Positions 35,683-45,026 of a stretch of 64,000 nucleotides of DNA are shown in pieces. Made by a program: the position numbers and the translations under genes. The notes under the pieces were generated by a model that was not told the origin of the DNA, did not search any database, and saw nothing but the letters and a program-made list of their open reading frames with translations. The stretch covers positions 84,959-148,958 of the forward strand of contig JACKPT010000006.1 in NCBI GenBank assembly GCA_024233345.1, written 5' to 3'. The DNA is from Verrucomicrobiota bacterium. GTDB lineage: Bacteria > Verrucomicrobiota > Kiritimatiellia > CAIVKH01. Numbering within the stretch: position 1 is the stretch's first letter; the number at the start of each line of letters is the position of its first letter.

Positions 35683-35931
35683 TTAAGCCAGAAGTCGCTT
35701 TTTCGCAAATGCTTTCCCGGAGTGCGATTTCAGGTAGGCTTCAAAGTCTAGGGCTGTTTTCTTGTTCAGAAAGGCCGAGTAAAAGAGGAGCTTCCATGGC
35801 GTGTGCTTGGCGGTGTGAGGTGACTTGCCGCTGTTGTGGCAAGTGAGTCTCGTCTTTAGATCGGCTGAATAGCCGACGTAGCGGTGAGAGGGATATGACT
35901 CGCTTTGTATGATGTCGACGTAATGCAGCAT
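35683..35931 (-). CDS. GIY-YIG nuclease-family small protein
   Basis: MLHYVDIIQSESYPSHRYVGYSADLKTRLTCHNSGKSPHTAKHTPWKLLFYSAFLNKKTALDFEAYLKSHSGKAFAKKRL has GIY/YIG-type spacing, and ...HN.G....T....PW.L.Y.E.F....A...E..LK is typical of stand-alone GIY-YIG proteins. Confidence 0.85.
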   Translation of the reverse strand: MLHYVDIIQSESYPSHRYVGYSADLKTRLTCHNSGKSPHTAKHTPWKLLFYSAFLNKKTALDFEAYLKSHSGKAFAKKRLLA

Positions 35932-35954
35932 GGGTACTTTCTGTGATTGTGCCG

Positions 35955-36147
35955 TGCCAGCCCCGCTTCCTGCTTCACCCTGCGGGCTTCGCAGGACACT
36001 GTCGCTCTTTGTAAATCAGAATAAGTGGCTGCGCCAGCCCCGCTTCGCTCTTCGAGCTACGCAGGGCATGCTTCACCTTTCGCGATGATCGGCTCTTGGG
36101 ATGGCTGCGCCATGCGTAGCCTTGAGCGTAGCGAAAGGTGAAGCATG
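35955..36147. repeat. degenerate ~77-bp direct repeats plus a 17-bp perfect inverted repeat between the GIY-YIG gene and tRNA-Phe
   Basis: GCCAGCCCCGCTTC occurs at 35956-35969 and 36033-46. CATGCTTCACCTTTCGC (36067-36083) is the exact inverted complement of GCGAAAGGTGAAGCATG (36131-36147). The right arm abuts and overlaps the CCA end of the tRNA. Confidence 0.75.
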
Positions 36148-36221
36148 GTGGCCAGACTCGGAATCGAACCGAGGACACAAGGATTTTCAGTCCTTTGCTC
36201 TACCAACTGAGCTATCTGGCC
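36146..36221 (-). tRNA. tRNA-Phe (anticodon GAA), CCA encoded
   Basis: The minus strand reads GGCCAGATAGCTCAGTTGGTAGAGCAAAGGACTGAAAATCCTTGTGTCCTCGGTTCGATTCCGAGTCTGGCCACCA. This folds as a canonical cloverleaf: 7-bp acceptor, GCTC/GAGC D stem, AAGGA/TCCTT anticodon stem, CTGAAAA loop and a TTCGATT T-loop. Confidence 0.95.
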
Positions 36222-36263
36222 CCATAGAGGAGAATGGGGATAGTACGGAGATCGGCCGGGTTG

Positions 36264-36827
36264 TCAATCGCTTTGCGGATGGGTGTCCGGGGTCTTCTCC
36301 GGGGGCACTTCGGGGGTGTCGGGTTGGGCGGCATCGGCGAGGCCGAGCAATTCGCGAACTTCCTGTTGAACGGTGGAGAGGTCATCGAGCCGGAGATCGG
36401 GATCGACGAGGGCAAACATTTCTCCGGTCCTGCGGTGCTCATAGATCCGCAGCCGAGTTCCGTCCTCCCGTTCCTGGACATCGCGTTCGATCAGTTCGCG
36501 TTTGCGCTCCAGCATGACCGCGAGAATAAACATCACCGCGACTTTGGCATCATCCTCGCGGGAGATAAACTGACGCAGCAGGGTTTCCGCAGTTTCCTTT
36601 TTCAAGGGTTCGGCGGTCGGGGGCGGCGGCGCGTGATACACGGATTTCCAGGTGCTGAGGGCCTGGTTGTGCAGCTCCTCATTCCATGCGGATTCCGCAA
36701 CATCGGTGCGCTCGTACCCTTCCGGTCCCAGCTTCAGGGAGGTATAGATCACCTGACCATCTTCAAAGGGCTGACCCGTGACGGTACAGACCCGGCTTCG
36801 CGATTTGATATCCCAATCCTGAGCCAT
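36264..36827 (-). CDS. conserved-looking hypothetical protein (no family recognised)
   Basis: A 187-aa ORF starts 2 nt after the TPR gene stop. Coding-like composition; acidic, Pro-rich C-terminus. Confidence 0.55.
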   Translation of the reverse strand: MAQDWDIKSRSRVCTVTGQPFEDGQVIYTSLKLGPEGYERTDVAESAWNEELHNQALSTWKSVYHAPPPPTAEPLKKETAETLLRQFISREDDAKVAVMFILAVMLERKRELIERDVQEREDGTRLRIYEHRRTGEMFALVDPDLRLDDLSTVQQEVRELLGLADAAQPDTPEVPPEKTPDTHPQSD

Positions 36828-36829
36828 GA

Positions 36830-39346
36830 TTATCCTTCTGAACCGGTCGATTCCGGGGTGGTTTGTTCGGCTGGAGGGGCGGCATCCCCGGGCGGTTGCT
36901 CCTGCGCACGGGGGTGATCAGGATAGCGCTCCTGAAGCTCCTGGAGGGCATGGCGCCGATCCTGCTCGCGGCCCAGTTTGGCAAAGGCCTCTGAGGCCTG
37001 ATACAGTGCTTCGGGGGATTGCTCGGGGTCATCGAACAGCACCGCCACGCTCATGAAGAATCGTGCCGCCTCTTCCGGGTTGTCGCGATCGCGATAGAGG
37101 GCGCCGAGATCAAAATAGGCGCTGGCCTTGATATCGAGATTCGCGTCGTCTCCGGCCCACTCGGCGGCTTGGCGGTAGGCCTGCTCGGCTTGATCGAGAT
37201 CTCCCTCGGCCTGGTGAGCCTGACCCAACAGGAGGGCAGCCTCTGCCCGCTCCCGCCCTGCGACATCGGCGGCGACCGCTTTTTCAAGCGCAACAATGGC
37301 ATCGCCGGTCAGCCCATCCCGAAACCGGGCCACCCCGGCCATAAACCAACCGAGCTGTTGCCAGCGCAGATCCTTGGAGGTGTCGGACAAATACACGGCA
37401 GCCTGGGCCGCATCGGCATAGCGCTCCTGCTCCAGATTCCAACGGGCGAGCCATTCCACCAGAGGCTCGGGGATGTCGGGGGTTTGCTCGGCGGTCAGAA
37501 TGGCCTTGAGCATCTCGGCCGCATCCGCCCCCCGGCCCAGCCGCTGCAGCACAGCAATGCGGCGGAACCGGAGCCGGGACAACAGCGGTTCTCCGGGATT
37601 GAGGCGCAGGGCGCTCTGGTATTGGTAGTCGGCAGCTTCGTATTGTTCTTCCTGTTCCATCAGTTGTCCGCGCTGATAGAGGGCATCTGCGGCATACTCG
37701 CCATCGGGAAAGTCGCGGATCAGATCGTCCAGCACGGTTCGGGCGGCATCGTATTCCTCCATCTCGATCAAGGTGCTGGCCAGGCGGTAGCTCACCGACT
37801 CCCGATTCTCGTAGTCGGGATAGGTTTTGAGCAAGGTTTCCCAGAGTATTCTGGCCCGGCCATTCTGGCCGAGGCGGCGGGTGGCGGTGCCTGCATAGTC
37901 AAAAGCGGCGGCCGCGAGCGGGTTGGTTTTGTAGTCGCGGGCAAATTGTTCATAGCGAACCGCCATATCCTCCCAGCGTTCATCACGCTGGGCAACCCGG
38001 GCCAATTCAAACAGGACGGAGGCGCGGCGCGACGCCTCATCCTTGTCGTCAAGCAACGCATGGAGCAACCGTTCCGCTTCCTTGAGCCGCCCGGTTTCGC
38101 TGTAGGCGAGCGCAAGCATCCACCTGCGGTCCCCGGCCCGGGCTCCCTGTTCGTCGAGCGGACTCAACAGGGTAAGAACCGCAGCATATTCTCCCCGCTC
38201 GATCTGGAGGGCGGCCAATTCGATCGCCGCAGAACGCCGGGTGTCGCCCTCGGCCTGACGCAAGACATCGCGATAGACCTCCATCGCCTGGTCCGCCTGC
38301 CCGGTCAATCGCAGGGCATTGGCCTGGATATAGAGCCAGTTACTCTGCTCGTCCCCCGAGGCCTGGGCCAGCCCCTGCCCTGCGAGTTCGAGGGCCAGCT
38401 CGGGGCGGCCAGCATAGAGCGACGCGAGGGCCGCCCGCGAAGCGGCGGAGCGCGCGCGGGAGTCACCGGGATAGGTGTTCACCAGTTGATCGTACAGGGC
38501 AAGCACTTTGCTGTAGTCAGCCTCGCCCCACTCCAGATCCATCCACCGGGCCAGCGCTTCAGCGCCCTGGGCAGCGGTTTCCGGCCGGTCGGCAACCTGT
38601 CGATAGAGCGAGCGGATCTTGTTTGCCGGGGCCTGTTGCTTTACGAGCAATTCCGCCAGCGACATGGCTGCGTAGGAAGCAAACGGGGATCGTTTGAAGT
38701 TCTTGATCACCATGCGGAAGCTGCTTTCCGCGTCCTGGTCGAGTCCGCGCCGGAGATAGGCCAGCCCCTTGTAGTAATGTGCGGAGGCGGCGATATCCGC
38801 AGGGGGATTTGCCGCCAACAGATCATCAAACCACCCCCCGGCGGTTTCGTAGTCTTCCTGCTGAAACGCAAGCTCGGCCCGGCGGAAGGCGGCCCGATGG
38901 GCAAACAGGCTGTCTGGATACTCCGCCAACAGGCGGGCATAAGCGGCCAGGGCTTTCGTTGACTGCCCGAGGAACCGGTAACTTTCCCCCATTCGAAACA
39001 AGGCAACATCGGCAATTTCCGCCTTCACCGCGGCATCAAGCAGCCCCTCATATTCGCGGACGGCCAGGTCATACATGCCCCGTTTATAGAGGCCGTCGGC
39101 AAACTGAAGCCGTTCTGCGGCGCCGGCAATGACCGCGTGGCTCTGGAGAGCAGGCAGCAAGATGAAGGCGGCGAGGAGGAGCAGCAGGGCGAGTCCGGTA
39201 AATGGTTTCCGGCGCCGATAACGTGGCCCGTTCGGGCTCGCATAGCTCGCCCCTCCAATGGACTCGATCAGCCCTTCAGGTTGAGGACCCGTTCCACCAG
39301 CCAACATAGACCGACCGACAATTGCCCATGGTGTCCAATGCTTCAT
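36830..39346 (-). CDS. large TPR-repeat protein with an N-terminal membrane anchor
   Basis: TM segment TGLALLLLLAAFILLPAL, followed by more than 15 TPR-like helical pairs (...YYKGLAYLRRG..., ...ALLLGQAHQAEGDLDQAEQAYRQA...). The start is uncertain (ATG 39346, 39376 or 39307). It lies directly downstream of exbBD. Confidence 0.75.
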   Translation of the reverse strand: MKHWTPWAIVGRSMLAGGTGPQPEGLIESIGGASYASPNGPRYRRRKPFTGLALLLLLAAFILLPALQSHAVIAGAAERLQFADGLYKRGMYDLAVREYEGLLDAAVKAEIADVALFRMGESYRFLGQSTKALAAYARLLAEYPDSLFAHRAAFRRAELAFQQEDYETAGGWFDDLLAANPPADIAASAHYYKGLAYLRRGLDQDAESSFRMVIKNFKRSPFASYAAMSLAELLVKQQAPANKIRSLYRQVADRPETAAQGAEALARWMDLEWGEADYSKVLALYDQLVNTYPGDSRARSAASRAALASLYAGRPELALELAGQGLAQASGDEQSNWLYIQANALRLTGQADQAMEVYRDVLRQAEGDTRRSAAIELAALQIERGEYAAVLTLLSPLDEQGARAGDRRWMLALAYSETGRLKEAERLLHALLDDKDEASRRASVLFELARVAQRDERWEDMAVRYEQFARDYKTNPLAAAAFDYAGTATRRLGQNGRARILWETLLKTYPDYENRESVSYRLASTLIEMEEYDAARTVLDDLIRDFPDGEYAADALYQRGQLMEQEEQYEAADYQYQSALRLNPGEPLLSRLRFRRIAVLQRLGRGADAAEMLKAILTAEQTPDIPEPLVEWLARWNLEQERYADAAQAAVYLSDTSKDLRWQQLGWFMAGVARFRDGLTGDAIVALEKAVAADVAGRERAEAALLLGQAHQAEGDLDQAEQAYRQAAEWAGDDANLDIKASAYFDLGALYRDRDNPEEAARFFMSVAVLFDDPEQSPEALYQASEAFAKLGREQDRRHALQELQERYPDHPRAQEQPPGDAAPPAEQTTPESTGSEG

Positions 39347-39350
39347 CCTG

Positions 39351-39767
39351 TCAATTCTCCGGCAGGGTGGTGGCAAAGGAGATATTCCAGATATCGGCTT
39401 TGCGGCAGAGATCGAGCACCTCGATGATTCGCTCGTAGGGAGTCAGGCGGTCGGCGCGAATGATCACCGGCTGACCGGGAAACATCCGGGCAAGCTGGGC
39501 CAGCATCTCTCCAAGGTCAGATCGGGCAAGATCGCGGCCATTGATGATGGTCTGCCCGGTATCGGTGATATTGATGATCAATTCGCCGGGAAGCCGCTGG
39601 GGGATTTCGCCGGTCTGAGCGGTGGGAAGGGCAATATTGATCTCCGCTTCCCATTGGGCAAACAACTGGCTGGTGACAAAAAAGCACAGCAGCAGGAAAA
39701 CCACATCGATCATCGGAGTCATTTGAAACCCCGGACTTTCGGCCTTGGCGGTTTGCCGGAAGTTCAT
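39351..39767 (-). CDS. exbD: ExbD/TolR-family biopolymer transport protein
   Basis: MTPMIDVVFLLLCFFV, a single TM segment and a periplasmic domain. The start overlaps the exbB stop. Confidence 0.85.
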   Translation of the reverse strand: MNFRQTAKAESPGFQMTPMIDVVFLLLCFFVTSQLFAQWEAEINIALPTAQTGEIPQRLPGELIINITDTGQTIINGRDLARSDLGEMLAQLARMFPGQPVIIRADRLTPYERIIEVLDLCRKADIWNISFATTLPEN

Positions 39768-40522
39768 TCGCCCTTTTCCTGAATCATCCGCGAAGCGAGG
39801 TTGGCGGCGGTGGTTTCCAGGTCGGCAATCAACTTGGAGGTATGCCCCCGGAAGTAGGCGTAGGCGATCATCGCCGGGATGGCCACAATCAGGCCGGCGA
39901 CCGTGGTGACGAGAGCCTGGGAAACGCCGCCCGCCAACTCGATGGGGCGGGCCTTGGCGATGTCGAGGGCGACCGAATTAAACGCCTTGAGCATCCCCAT
40001 CACGGTGCCGAGCAGCCCGACCATGGGGGCAATGACCGCAATATCGAGCAGGTACTGGGTGCGGGTCAGAATCTGGTTGGCCTGGCGCCCCCCCTCGCCC
40101 TCGATGATCTCCCGGAGCAGGGCAGGATTCGGGGCGTCGGTGCGGCGGATGTATCCGATCGCGGCATCGACGATGGCGGCAAGCGGATTGGGGTTGGCGC
40201 GACAGGCGGTTTGCACGCCTTCATGGTCATGCCGATTCAGCAGTCCCTCCACATCCCGCACCCATGCGGTGGGCAAAATCTGTTCCCGGCGGAGACTGAG
40301 AAAGAAATAGACCACCAGCGCCAGCCCGATCATGGACATGGCAAAGAGGACATAGATCAGAAAACCGCCCGCCTCGATAATTTGGCTGAGGGAAAGCCCG
40401 GAGGCGGCTTCGGCGGGTGTGGCTTCCGGTTGGGCGAAGACCGCACACGGCAGCCACCAGATGCCCCCAAGGGCGATGGCAAGGGCGTGGCGAGCGAATA
40501 CAGAGCGTGTTGTTCTATTCAT
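39764..40522 (-). CDS. exbB: MotA/TolQ/ExbB-family proton channel
   Basis: Three TM segments and a C-terminal conserved region ...IAPMVGLLGTVMGMLKAFNSV...ELAGGVSQALVTTVAGLIVAIPA. Confidence 0.85.
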   Translation of the reverse strand: MNRTTRSVFARHALAIALGGIWWLPCAVFAQPEATPAEAASGLSLSQIIEAGGFLIYVLFAMSMIGLALVVYFFLSLRREQILPTAWVRDVEGLLNRHDHEGVQTACRANPNPLAAIVDAAIGYIRRTDAPNPALLREIIEGEGGRQANQILTRTQYLLDIAVIAPMVGLLGTVMGMLKAFNSVALDIAKARPIELAGGVSQALVTTVAGLIVAIPAMIAYAYFRGHTSKLIADLETTAANLASRMIQEKGE

Positions 40523-41124
40523 GAAGTCAGATCCCGGTGTTGTTGAAAATACAGGAAGCCGGAGGCCACGGTGATCAGGGCCACGCCGATCGCCACCCCC
40601 CGGGCGATGATCACCAGCCCAAAATCAAAGTCGGCAATGGTTTTGGCATCGGCATGCCGGAGGAAATCATACCGATAGGAGAGCGCAAGCAGGATGACGA
40701 CGATGGAGACAATCTGCCAGACCGTCTTGTGTTTCCCCCACTTGCCGGCGGCGATCACCACCCCCCGGTTGGTGGCCAGCAACCGTAAGCCGGTGACCAG
40801 AAACTCCCGGGAGATGATCACCACGACAATCCAGGCAGGAATCAGGGGCACCCATCGTCCCTGGTACATAAACTGCATTTCCACAAACGACACATAGAGC
40901 GCGCACACCATGACCTTGTCGGTCAGGGGATCCATCAGCTTCCCAAAGGAGGAGACAATATTCATCTTCCGGGCAAAATAGCCATCGAGATAATCGGTGA
41001 TGCCGGCAATCACAAACAGCACGAGGGAGATGGTCTTGGCAAAGGGAATGCTGGAGGTCAGCAGAACCATGATCACAAAGGCAAATCCGAGGCGGCTGAG
41101 GGTCAGGATATTGGGCAGGTTCAT
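40519..41124 (-). CDS. pgsA: CDP-diacylglycerol--glycerol-3-phosphate 3-phosphatidyltransferase
   Basis: MNLPNILTLSRL... and the CDP-alcohol phosphatidyltransferase motif DGYFARKMNIVSSFGKLMDPLTDK. ATGA overlaps are present at both ends. Confidence 0.85.
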   Translation of the reverse strand: MNLPNILTLSRLGFAFVIMVLLTSSIPFAKTISLVLFVIAGITDYLDGYFARKMNIVSSFGKLMDPLTDKVMVCALYVSFVEMQFMYQGRWVPLIPAWIVVVIISREFLVTGLRLLATNRGVVIAAGKWGKHKTVWQIVSIVVILLALSYRYDFLRHADAKTIADFDFGLVIIARGVAIGVALITVASGFLYFQQHRDLTS

Positions 41125-41702
41125 GGTGATTTGGATTCCGGGTTTCCCGAGGGAAGGTAGGGTGGCGGGGGCTCCGCCAGCAGGGAGGACGATTGTAACA
41201 GACGGCGGGGATCCTCGGGGCTGTTGCGCTTTTCCGCGGAAGAACCGAGACAACGATTGAGCCCGGTCACGAGGAACAGCAGGATCAGGATGGCACCGCC
41301 GGCGCGTACAAGATGGGGGGTCCAGGCCTTGAGCGTCTTGGGGTGCAGCCACCCTCCCCCGGCGGTCAGGGGGGCGGCCGGCGTGTCGACCGGTTCATCC
41401 CCGGTCACCGGTTCCGGTTGCGGTTGCGAGGGGGGGACCACGGCCGCAGATGCCTGCCGGGGCTTGCCCTCAAGATGAACCTCCTGATACTCCGCCAGCA
41501 GCGGAGCCGGATCCAAATCCAGCAGCTCGGCATACAGTTTGATGAATCCCTTCGCATAGGCCGGGGCGGGCATCTTGCTGAAGTCGTCGACCTCCATGCC
41601 CTCGATCAATTGGATCTTGATGCGGGATATCGCCGCCGCACGGGAAAGCGTGAGCTTCTTCCGTTCGCGGGCCTCCCGAAATCGTTGTCCCATGGTTTTC
41701 AT
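41121..41702 (-). CDS. RodZ-like HTH membrane protein
   Basis: GQRFREARERKKLTLSRAAAISRIKIQLIEGMEVDDFSKMPAPAYAKGFIKLYAELLDLD is an HTH_25/RodZ-like N-terminus. A Pro-rich linker and a TM segment GGAILILLFLVTGL follow. Confidence 0.7.
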   Translation of the reverse strand: MKTMGQRFREARERKKLTLSRAAAISRIKIQLIEGMEVDDFSKMPAPAYAKGFIKLYAELLDLDPAPLLAEYQEVHLEGKPRQASAAVVPPSQPQPEPVTGDEPVDTPAAPLTAGGGWLHPKTLKAWTPHLVRAGGAILILLFLVTGLNRCLGSSAEKRNSPEDPRRLLQSSSLLAEPPPPYLPSGNPESKSP

Positions 41703-41720
41703 CAGTGGTTCCGGTTTTTT

Positions 41721-44072
41721 CTACACATCCGAGGAGTTGGTCGGCACATCCCCATCCAGGTCGATCAGGATTTCCCGGGGCTCTGCGCCCTGAGCCGGAC
41801 CGACAATTCCCTTTTGCTCGAGGATGTCCATCACCCGGGCGGCCCTTGTATACCCGATCCGAAGCCGTCTTTGCAACGAAGAGGTCGAAGCCCGTTTGGT
41901 TTGACGGATGATTTCCACCGCCTGTTCAAGCAGGTCATCATTCTCCTCCATGTCGGGAATATCCGCCGCCTGATTTTCGATCTTTTCCTTCACCTCATTT
42001 TCATAATCCGGGGTGCCCTGGTCCTTGATGAATTGGACAACGTTGTTGATGTCGTTATCGGTGGTGTAGGTTCCCTGGGCGCGAATGAGCTTGGGGCTTC
42101 CCGGGGGCAGGAAGAGGAGGTCGCCCTTGCCGAGGAGTTTTTCCGCGCCCGGGGCATCGAGAATGGTCCGGCTGTCCACCTTCTGGGCGACCTGAAAGGA
42201 GATGCGGGCAGGGAAATTGGCCTTGATGGTTCCGGTGATCACATTGACGGACGGGCGCTGGGTGGCAAGGATCATATGGATCCCCACGGCCCGGGAGAGC
42301 TGGGCCAGCCGGGCAATCGAATTTTCAATTTCCGCCTGGGCCACCAGCATGAGGTCGGCCAGTTCATCCACCACGATGACAATATAGGGTACCCGCTCGG
42401 GCAGACCATCGCCGGGCGGGGTTTCCTCACCCTCTCCGGTTTCAAACAAGGATTCCTGTTGAACAATGGGCCGGCTGTTATACCCCTTGATATTGCGGAC
42501 CCCGGCCTTGGCAAAAAGCTTGTAGCGCTTTTCCATTTCATTGATCGCCCACCGCAGGCCATGCATGACCTTCTTGGCCTCGGTGATCACCGGGACCACA
42601 AGATGGGGCAGGTGGTTGTAGGACGCGAACTCGACAATTTTGGGGTCGACCAGCATCAGCTTCATTTCATCCGGAGTCCGGGAGGCAAGCAGGCCGGTGA
42701 GGATGGAATTCATGCAGACCGTCTTGCCCGAACCGGTCGCCCCGGCGATCAGCATGTGGGGCATGTCCGCGAGGTCGGCGACCAGCACATGTCCCCCGAC
42801 GTCTTTTCCGAGGGCGAGAGGCAGGGCGGCCTTGCCACTGGTCCAGGGGGCACTTTCCAGAACTTCGCGGAGATAGACCGTGGTGGTGGACGAGTTGGGA
42901 ATTTCGATACCGACCACGCCCTTGCCGGGGATCGGGGCCTGGACCCGAATGCTCTCGGCTTTCATGGAGAGGGCGATGTTGTTGCTAAGGCCGGAAATGC
43001 GTTCGACCTTCACCCCGGGGGCGGGCAACAATTCAAACCGGGTGACCACCGGGCCCTGCTCAACCGCGGTGACCTCCACCTCCACCCCGAAATCGGCGAG
43101 GGTTTCCTTCAGGAGCGCGCCCATGCTGTTGAGGTCGGCGGAGGGAATCGGGGAGGTATCGTAATGGATTGGTTCGAGCAATTCCAGCGGCGGCAACTTG
43201 AACCGGCTCTGGCTATGGGCGGTCAGGACCGGTTCGGGTTGGGGCGGCGGCGGGGTGGGTTTGGCTGCGGTCTTTCGGGGGGTGGGTTCCGGGACCACCA
43301 CTACCGAAGGCGGCGGGGGCTCAACCTCCGGCTCCGGGATGGCCTTGGGTTCCGGCGCCGGGCGCTTCTTGGGCTCCACCGGCTCCTTCTTCATCGCTCG
43401 CTCAAGCCGCTGACGGCGCTTGGCCAATTCCTGCTCCTCGTCTTCAATCTGACCGATTCGATCCCTTCGAGCCACCCGCCAGGCATCCCATTTTTCCAGC
43501 AACCCGCGGGTCCACGTCCCCGCGCTTCGGGCCAGAATCGCGGGGTGCACGTCAATCATCATGATCAATCCGGCCAGCAGCAGGGCCGAGCCGAGAATAC
43601 CCGCGCCGATGGGGCCGATCACCGGTTCGAGCAGGCGGTGGGCGAGAATTTCTCCGAGAGCCCCCCCCGAGCTGGTCAGATTCAGCTTGGCGCGGAGCGC
43701 GACAAATCCATCCGGCTGCAAATCGAACAACAGGGTCAGCGCCATCAAGACCGCGAGGGTCCAGGCCACCCGGGGCCACAGTTTGCCCTCGCGCTGGAAA
43801 AGGCAAAGCAGCCCAATGAACGCCATCGCCACCGGCACCAGGTAGGCCGCCACCCCGAAGGCCATGAACAGGATGAAACTATACCAGGCCCCGGCGGGAC
43901 CAATAAAATTCCCGGGCGGCTGGACCGGGGGCGAGACAAAAACAGGAATGTCTCTCCACGAATAGGAAATCAGGCTCAGGAAGCTCAACAGGCAGCCGGC
44001 CAGCAGCAATACGCCGGCGACCTCCTGCCACCCGGTTTTGATTGTTTCTTTCTTTACCACCATTCCGCTCAT
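41721..44072 (-). CDS. ftsK: DNA translocase FtsK
   Basis: N-terminal TM helices and a Pro-rich linker. The motor domain has the Walker A motif IAGATGSGKTVCMN and VVDELADLM. The gamma domain is ...LLEQAVEIIRQTKRASTSSLQRRLRIGYTRAARVMDILEQKGIVGP. Confidence 0.95.
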   Translation of the reverse strand: MSGMVVKKETIKTGWQEVAGVLLLAGCLLSFLSLISYSWRDIPVFVSPPVQPPGNFIGPAGAWYSFILFMAFGVAAYLVPVAMAFIGLLCLFQREGKLWPRVAWTLAVLMALTLLFDLQPDGFVALRAKLNLTSSGGALGEILAHRLLEPVIGPIGAGILGSALLLAGLIMMIDVHPAILARSAGTWTRGLLEKWDAWRVARRDRIGQIEDEEQELAKRRQRLERAMKKEPVEPKKRPAPEPKAIPEPEVEPPPPSVVVVPEPTPRKTAAKPTPPPPQPEPVLTAHSQSRFKLPPLELLEPIHYDTSPIPSADLNSMGALLKETLADFGVEVEVTAVEQGPVVTRFELLPAPGVKVERISGLSNNIALSMKAESIRVQAPIPGKGVVGIEIPNSSTTTVYLREVLESAPWTSGKAALPLALGKDVGGHVLVADLADMPHMLIAGATGSGKTVCMNSILTGLLASRTPDEMKLMLVDPKIVEFASYNHLPHLVVPVITEAKKVMHGLRWAINEMEKRYKLFAKAGVRNIKGYNSRPIVQQESLFETGEGEETPPGDGLPERVPYIVIVVDELADLMLVAQAEIENSIARLAQLSRAVGIHMILATQRPSVNVITGTIKANFPARISFQVAQKVDSRTILDAPGAEKLLGKGDLLFLPPGSPKLIRAQGTYTTDNDINNVVQFIKDQGTPDYENEVKEKIENQAADIPDMEENDDLLEQAVEIIRQTKRASTSSLQRRLRIGYTRAARVMDILEQKGIVGPAQGAEPREILIDLDGDVPTNSSDV

Positions 44073-44186
44073 GTAATCACGGGACTACCCCGTGCGCAAG
44101 ACAAGGATGGAGCGGCTTTTCATGGACAACCTGGCGTCACCTCCCTACACTCGGTTGTGCAATGAACCTGTGCTTTGGATTCAGCC

Positions 44187-45026
44187 ATGATTAAATCCAT
44201 ACTGACCTGTACGGATGGATCCGCCTACAGCGAGACGGCGGCGCACTACGCGGTTGACCTGGCGTCCAGCCTGCGGGCACGACTGGCGGGGTTGCATGTT
44301 CTGGACTCCCGGCTGCTCGAGGGGCCCTTCCTTGCCAATGTATCAGGGTGGATCGGGGCCCAGCCCTGTGCGGACAGCCTCGGACAGTTCAGGGCCTTGA
44401 TGCAGGAAAACGGCAAGGCCATGCTGGCGGCCTGGCGGATCAAGCCAGCCGGAAGGACATTGACCTGGAGCCCTCGAGGACTGGGGACACCGGCACGCAT
44501 CATTCTGCAACAGGAAATCCACACCGAACTGGTCGTGCTGGGGTTGCGCGGTGAGCATGCCGACCTGAACCCGGAATTGGTGGGTCGACGACCGACCGGG
44601 TGGTGCGCCACAGCACCCAGCCCTGTCTGCTCACCCCGGCGAGCCATCGCCCGATTCGACGATTGATGGCGGCCTATGACGACAGCGCCTACTCTGCGAG
44701 GGCGCTTCAGGTCGCGATCGACCTCGCCCTCTCCCTGCAGGCCCCTGTTGGTGATTCTCTCCGTGGTGGAAAATGGAGACCATGAACTGGCCATGGATCA
44801 CGCAGACGCGGCAATGAAACTGGCCCGGGCGCACGAATGTGCGGCAGCCTATATGGTGGCGGAGGGCAATGTTCACGAAGTGATTCTCGAGCAGGCCGAG
44901 GCGCTGAACTGTGACCTGATCATCGCGGGCGCTCACGGACACGCGCGCATACGCGAACTGATTCTCGGCAGCACCGCGACCTATCTGATGAACCATACCG
45001 AGCGGCCCCTGCTGCTGGCCCGGTGA
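44187..45026 (+). pseudogene. tandem universal-stress-protein (UspA) gene broken by frameshifts
   Basis: Usp-like sequence continues across three frames. Segment 1: MIKSILTCTDGS...ELVVLGLRGEHA (44187 to ~44580). Segment 2: GGSTTDRVVRHSTQPCLLTP...RRLMAAYDDSAYSARALQVAIDLA (~44580-44750). Segment 3: LLVILSVVENGD...DLIIAGAHGHARIRELILGSTATYLMNHTERPLLLAR (to 45026). The frame switches lie at GGTGGG and CCCC runs. Confidence 0.6.
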
